Of a stretch of 64,000 nucleotides of DNA, positions 61,106 through 64,000 are shown piece by piece. Source of the stretch: an uncultured Candidatus Berkelbacteria bacterium. GTDB taxonomy: Bacteria > Patescibacteriota > UBA1384 > CAILIB01. Location of the stretch: positions 53,146-117,145 of the forward strand of contig CAILIB010000015.1 of assembly GCA_903834195.1 (NCBI GenBank), given 5' to 3'. Every line of letters begins with the position of its first letter. Within the stretch, counting starts at the first letter, position 1. The position numbers and the translations under genes were made by a program. The notes under the pieces were generated by a model. It saw only the letters and a list, made by a program, of their open reading frames with translations, ran no database searches and was not told the origin of the DNA.

Positions 61106-62109
61106 AACGATTTGGAAAAACCAGCAGAGAATACTAGCTTGTGATTATTGATATCACCAAGACCAAAGTTCAAATTATAATCACGCATAATCTTACCGGT
61201 CTTTGGATCAGTTAAACTGATTTGCAGATTAGCAAACGGGCTGGCAGAACCTCTAAAGGCGCTTAAACCGGTAGCAAGAGACTGAAGACAATTGTCACGC
61301 CATTCGTAGCCAGCATTGAGTCTTAGGCCAACACTTCCAATTGTGGCAGTGATTGAACCGGTAACTTTAGCGCTGAGGATATATCCTTTGAAGGACGGAC
61401 CATAGTTGTAACTATATGTTGCATCGGTGTTAGAGCTCTTTAAGATGCCGACACTTCCGCCAGAGCCACCAAAGGAGTCGTTAATTCTGTGGAAGGCGCC
61501 ATTTATTATGCCATAGGCTGTGTCATTTGAGACTCCCGTTCCGTTACTCAAATCGCCATAAATCTGATCTGCCAGGGATGCTGCAGCGGGGTTGTACAGT
61601 TTGTAGAGTGCGTCAATAATCTGAGCGTCACTTGCAGTAACGCTGAGTGTTGTAAAATACTGGTTTAGCGCAGAAGTATTAAAAGCTGTTCCAAGGTTAA
61701 TCTTGAAGTTTGCAGTTACTGTTTGAGTTCCAACCAATGCCTTTGCGGTGGCGGCTAGGTTTGCTGCCGAAATTTTATCGGATACATCTGGAGGATAGTT
61801 GGTGACATCTTGATGTTCAGGCTCTAAGCAAACTTCTGCTTGGGTAGGTGATGGGTTAGGCTTAACTATAGATGGATCACTTCCTGAACCTGGTTTGAGA
61901 GGGGTTGTATTTGAGCTAAACCCATTGATCCGTGCCGAGTCCGCATCATACTGTGCTTGTAACTTGGCTAACTCAGTAGATGAACTATCAGTTGTACTTG
62001 AAATGTACGACGCGCTTGATGGCTGATCCTGTTTATCACGCCAATAAATTCCACCCGAAACTCCAATGAGTATTGCGGCTACAAGTCCAAGAATATAGGT
62101 ACGTTGCAT
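61102..62109 (-). CDS. membrane-anchored/secreted protein, unknown function
   Basis: 335 aa with an N-terminal TM (ILGLVAAILIGVSGGIYW) and a Ser/Thr/Gly-rich beta-type ectodomain. Confidence 0.4.
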   Translation of the reverse strand: MQRTYILGLVAAILIGVSGGIYWRDKQDQPSSASYISSTTDSSSTELAKLQAQYDADSARINGFSSNTTPLKPGSGSDPSIVKPNPSPTQAEVCLEPEHQDVTNYPPDVSDKISAANLAATAKALVGTQTVTANFKINLGTAFNTSALNQYFTTLSVTASDAQIIDALYKLYNPAAASLADQIYGDLSNGTGVSNDTAYGIINGAFHRINDSFGGSGGSVGILKSSNTDATYSYNYGPSFKGYILSAKVTGSITATIGSVGLRLNAGYEWRDNCLQSLATGLSAFRGSASPFANLQISLTDPKTGKIMRDYNLNFGLGDINNHKLVFSAGFSKSF

Positions 62110-62331
62110 GAGAGCAAATTATATATGTATTTCTAGTGTACAGTATTTGATATCTGCGTATAAGAGTGATATCTTACGTTCAGTATGTGTAAACCGCTTA
62201 CCACGCTATTTCTGTGTGATCCAGGATTCTCCAAGGAGACAGCCTTTTAGAATTCAATAAACGTATCTAACAAGGTGTGTCTCAAATATTCAGCGTTAGA
62301 GCTGATTTTTTATTACACTAATTGGAGGTTT

Positions 62332-62562
62332 ATGAATACGGATGTGGAAATTGATACAGAAGCTGAATTGTTCCGGGTTTCTGCATATTGTCAGGGAAAT
62401 TGGTTGGTTGGTACTAATATTAAAACGAGTCACATTCTATTTTATGCGATTGGAGTTGGAGTGAGTTGTTCATTTTTACTCCTACCAGACACAATTGGCA
62501 TTTCATTTTTTACGATGAGTCTTCTTGTATGCTCAATCACATGTGCAACTTTTGTATCATAG
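62332..62562 (+). CDS. small membrane protein
   Basis: ATG 62332 follows GGAGG. 76 aa, two hydrophobic segments. Confidence 0.35.
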   Translation: MNTDVEIDTEAELFRVSAYCQGNWLVGTNIKTSHILFYAIGVGVSCSFLLLPDTIGISFFTMSLLVCSITCATFVS

Positions 62563-62563
62563 G

Positions 62564-62809
62564 ATGGAATCAATCAAACTTCCTTCAAAAAAATTTCACC
62601 CTATCTGGAGAGTGTGCATTGAGGTGGCATTTATTGCATTTTTATTTTACTGCAACCTGTTAATGGGTGAGTTTACTCGTGCAAATGGAGTCGATAAGAG
62701 TTTTATTGTAGCGCTGCAAGATATCTTCACGGTTACAAATTTTTGTATTGCTATTATTTCGGGTCTTGTTGGGTATGTTTTCTTCGAGTATTTGCGGGCA
62801 AAACTGTAG
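62564..62809 (+). CDS. small membrane protein
   Basis: ATG 62564 lies 1 nt after the upstream TAG. 81 aa, two TM helices. Confidence 0.35.
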   Translation: MESIKLPSKKFHPIWRVCIEVAFIAFLFYCNLLMGEFTRANGVDKSFIVALQDIFTVTNFCIAIISGLVGYVFFEYLRAKL

Positions 62810-62880
62810 TACTAAACATACAGGTTCTTTTTGATAAAAGGAGTCTGTATGTTTAGCACGAGCTAAGCAGAGGAGCACCC

Positions 62881-63585
62881 GTGAAAAATGTATTTAAAGG
62901 ACTTGCTATCGTCCTATTTGCTATTACGCTGACTTGTTCAGGCTTTGGACAACAGACAATCTTCAATGTACCTTCGGCAGACATAACGCCAAAGGGAATG
63001 ACGTACCTTGAGACTGAAGGCCAGTTTCGTGCAAGTGGCCCAGGATCCTACTATTACAGCAGTAATTTCTTTGCACGAGGACTCGGTGGTAATACCGAAC
63101 TCGACACGAGCCTGTACGGACTGAGTAGTCCTCGATCAGGAAATGTGACTATGGGAGTTGGCTTTAAAACAGCCTTCCCATTGTTTGCAAAACGATATGC
63201 CGCAGAAGCATTTCAACTTACAGTTGGAGAGCAGGTGTTGCTTTCCGCTCAAGGGGAGGGTGCAGGATACTGGGCATACGCACATCTGAGCGGAAAAGTT
63301 CCACATACAGGCACTCGCCTGACAGCTGGGCTGAGCAGAGGGACAAAGCAACTCTTTGGAGTCGACACGACAGTGGTTATTGCAGGGTTTGAGCAGCCAC
63401 TTACTCCGCAATTGAATATCATTTCCGACTGGTACTCGGGAGCAAACTCTCTGGGTTTCTCGACGACTGGGTTCAGTTGGACGTTTTCCAAGGTGGGCAC
63501 GTTCTATCTTGGATATCAAATTCCCAACAATAGCTCGGCTGCTGGCCGATCCGGAATCACTTCGGAACTGTCATTTCAGTTCTAG
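62881..63585 (+). CDS. outer-membrane-type beta-barrel-like protein
   Basis: Signal peptide, about 10 amphipathic beta-strand-like segments (VTMGVGFKTAF, TRLTAGLSRG, FSTTGFSWTF, GTFYLGYQIP) and a C-terminal ...ITSELSFQF ending in Phe. Confidence 0.45.
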   Translation: MKNVFKGLAIVLFAITLTCSGFGQQTIFNVPSADITPKGMTYLETEGQFRASGPGSYYYSSNFFARGLGGNTELDTSLYGLSSPRSGNVTMGVGFKTAFPLFAKRYAAEAFQLTVGEQVLLSAQGEGAGYWAYAHLSGKVPHTGTRLTAGLSRGTKQLFGVDTTVVIAGFEQPLTPQLNIISDWYSGANSLGFSTTGFSWTFSKVGTFYLGYQIPNNSSAAGRSGITSELSFQF

Positions 63586-63593
63586 TCTTGCAA

Positions 63594-63630
63594 CTCCTAG
63601 CTTGATCCATGATCAGCTAGGAGCTTTTTA
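63594..63630. terminator. bidirectional hairpin between convergent genes
   Basis: CTCCTAGCT-N12-AGCTAGGAG followed by CTTTTTA. Confidence 0.75.
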
Positions 63631-63631
63631 G

Positions 63632-64000
63632 TTAGCCTTGGCCAGCTTTTATCGGCTCACTCATCTCCCACAACATCTCATAAAACGTTCCCATTACTTC
63701 ATACAATTCTTGACTCTCAATCATGATGGCGAAGCCTTCATTTTTTGAACTAAAAAAACCGACTTTACCTGTATCGTACAAACCCACACCCATTGAGGAT
63801 TTGTATTGAGGTGGTGTAATGCGCACGGTTAAGAGGTTTTTGGTGCTTTGAGCAGAGGTTGGAAAAGGCACTGCTTTGTCTCGGATGCGCAATGAGCGTC
63901 CTAATACACCAGCGGCAACCCGTTTGTGATTAATATCGGCCATGGTCTCGACACCAATCATTTCCATCAAATCTTTTGTCGGAAGTAGGAAGGCGGTTTT
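63632..64000 (-). CDS. TrmB-like regulator, paralog 9 (C-terminal part; 5' end outside window)
   Basis: The frame is open to the window edge. The C-terminus FYEMLWEMSEP matches the F-x2-[LIVM]-W ending of the other eight paralogs. Confidence 0.55.
   Translation of the reverse strand, partial: KTAFLLPTKDLMEMIGVETMADINHKRVAAGVLGRSLRIRDKAVPFPTSAQSTKNLLTVRITPPQYKSSMGVGLYDTGKVGFFSSKNEGFAIMIESQELYEVMGTFYEMLWEMSEPIKAGQG

Noticed and set aside
1-64000. CRISPR arrays, rRNA genes, integrases, transposases or other recognisable mobile-element genes
   Set aside because: No regularly spaced direct repeats, no rRNA-like conserved stretches, and no ORF translation resembling tyrosine/serine recombinases, DDE transposases or Cas proteins was seen.
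1-64000. Alternative genetic code (TGA as Gly or Trp, as in some CPR lineages)
   Set aside because: TGA terminates well-conserved genes at their expected ends (for example the MraY/WecA gene at 2531-2533, DipZ at 26591-26593 and the MTase at 37208-37210). Conserved proteins contain no internal in-frame TGA.

Overview
64-kb window from a bacterial genome with moderate to low GC (about 40-45% by eye) and the standard genetic code, since TGA ends well-conserved genes at their expected lengths. Gene content (reduced-looking housekeeping set, class F sortase, BNR and lectin surface proteins, ribosomal proteins with tails) suggests a Patescibacteria/CPR-like (possibly Saccharibacteria-like) organism. 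That is inference only. Nt 1-12.8 kb is a compact housekeeping block: M16 peptidase (partial), ndk, MraY/WecA-type transferase, receiver protein, dnaE, VapBC, RNA methylase, rpmA, rplS, yraN-like, gltX. tRNA-Gln(CUG) at 12914-12988 marks the switch to about 51 kb of accessory DNA. Its dominant theme is nine paralogous TrmB-like winged-helix regulators (eight complete, one cut by the window end). Each is transcribed divergently from an AT-rich spacer with near-consensus sigma70-type promoters toward a different cargo. Cargoes are a B12/radical-SAM-like enzyme, three SAM methyltransferases, a chorismatase-like enzyme, FolE plus a PNPOx-like protein, an atypical SDR, small unknown proteins, and a 136-nt tmRNA-like RNA. 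Most cargo units end in hairpin terminators built on CCAC...GTGG stems. Other content: a lectin/GLUG surface protein with a C-terminal IPNTG motif overlapping a class F sortase gene; a DipZ-MsrB redox pair; a MacB-type ABC exporter; BrnTA; a strongly GC-rich (likely horizontally acquired) methyltransferase; a HAD phosphatase remnant; and an OMP-like beta-barrel ORF. I recognised no rRNA, CRISPR array, integrase or transposase. All calls rest on reading the translations and sequence by eye. No database search or folding program was available.
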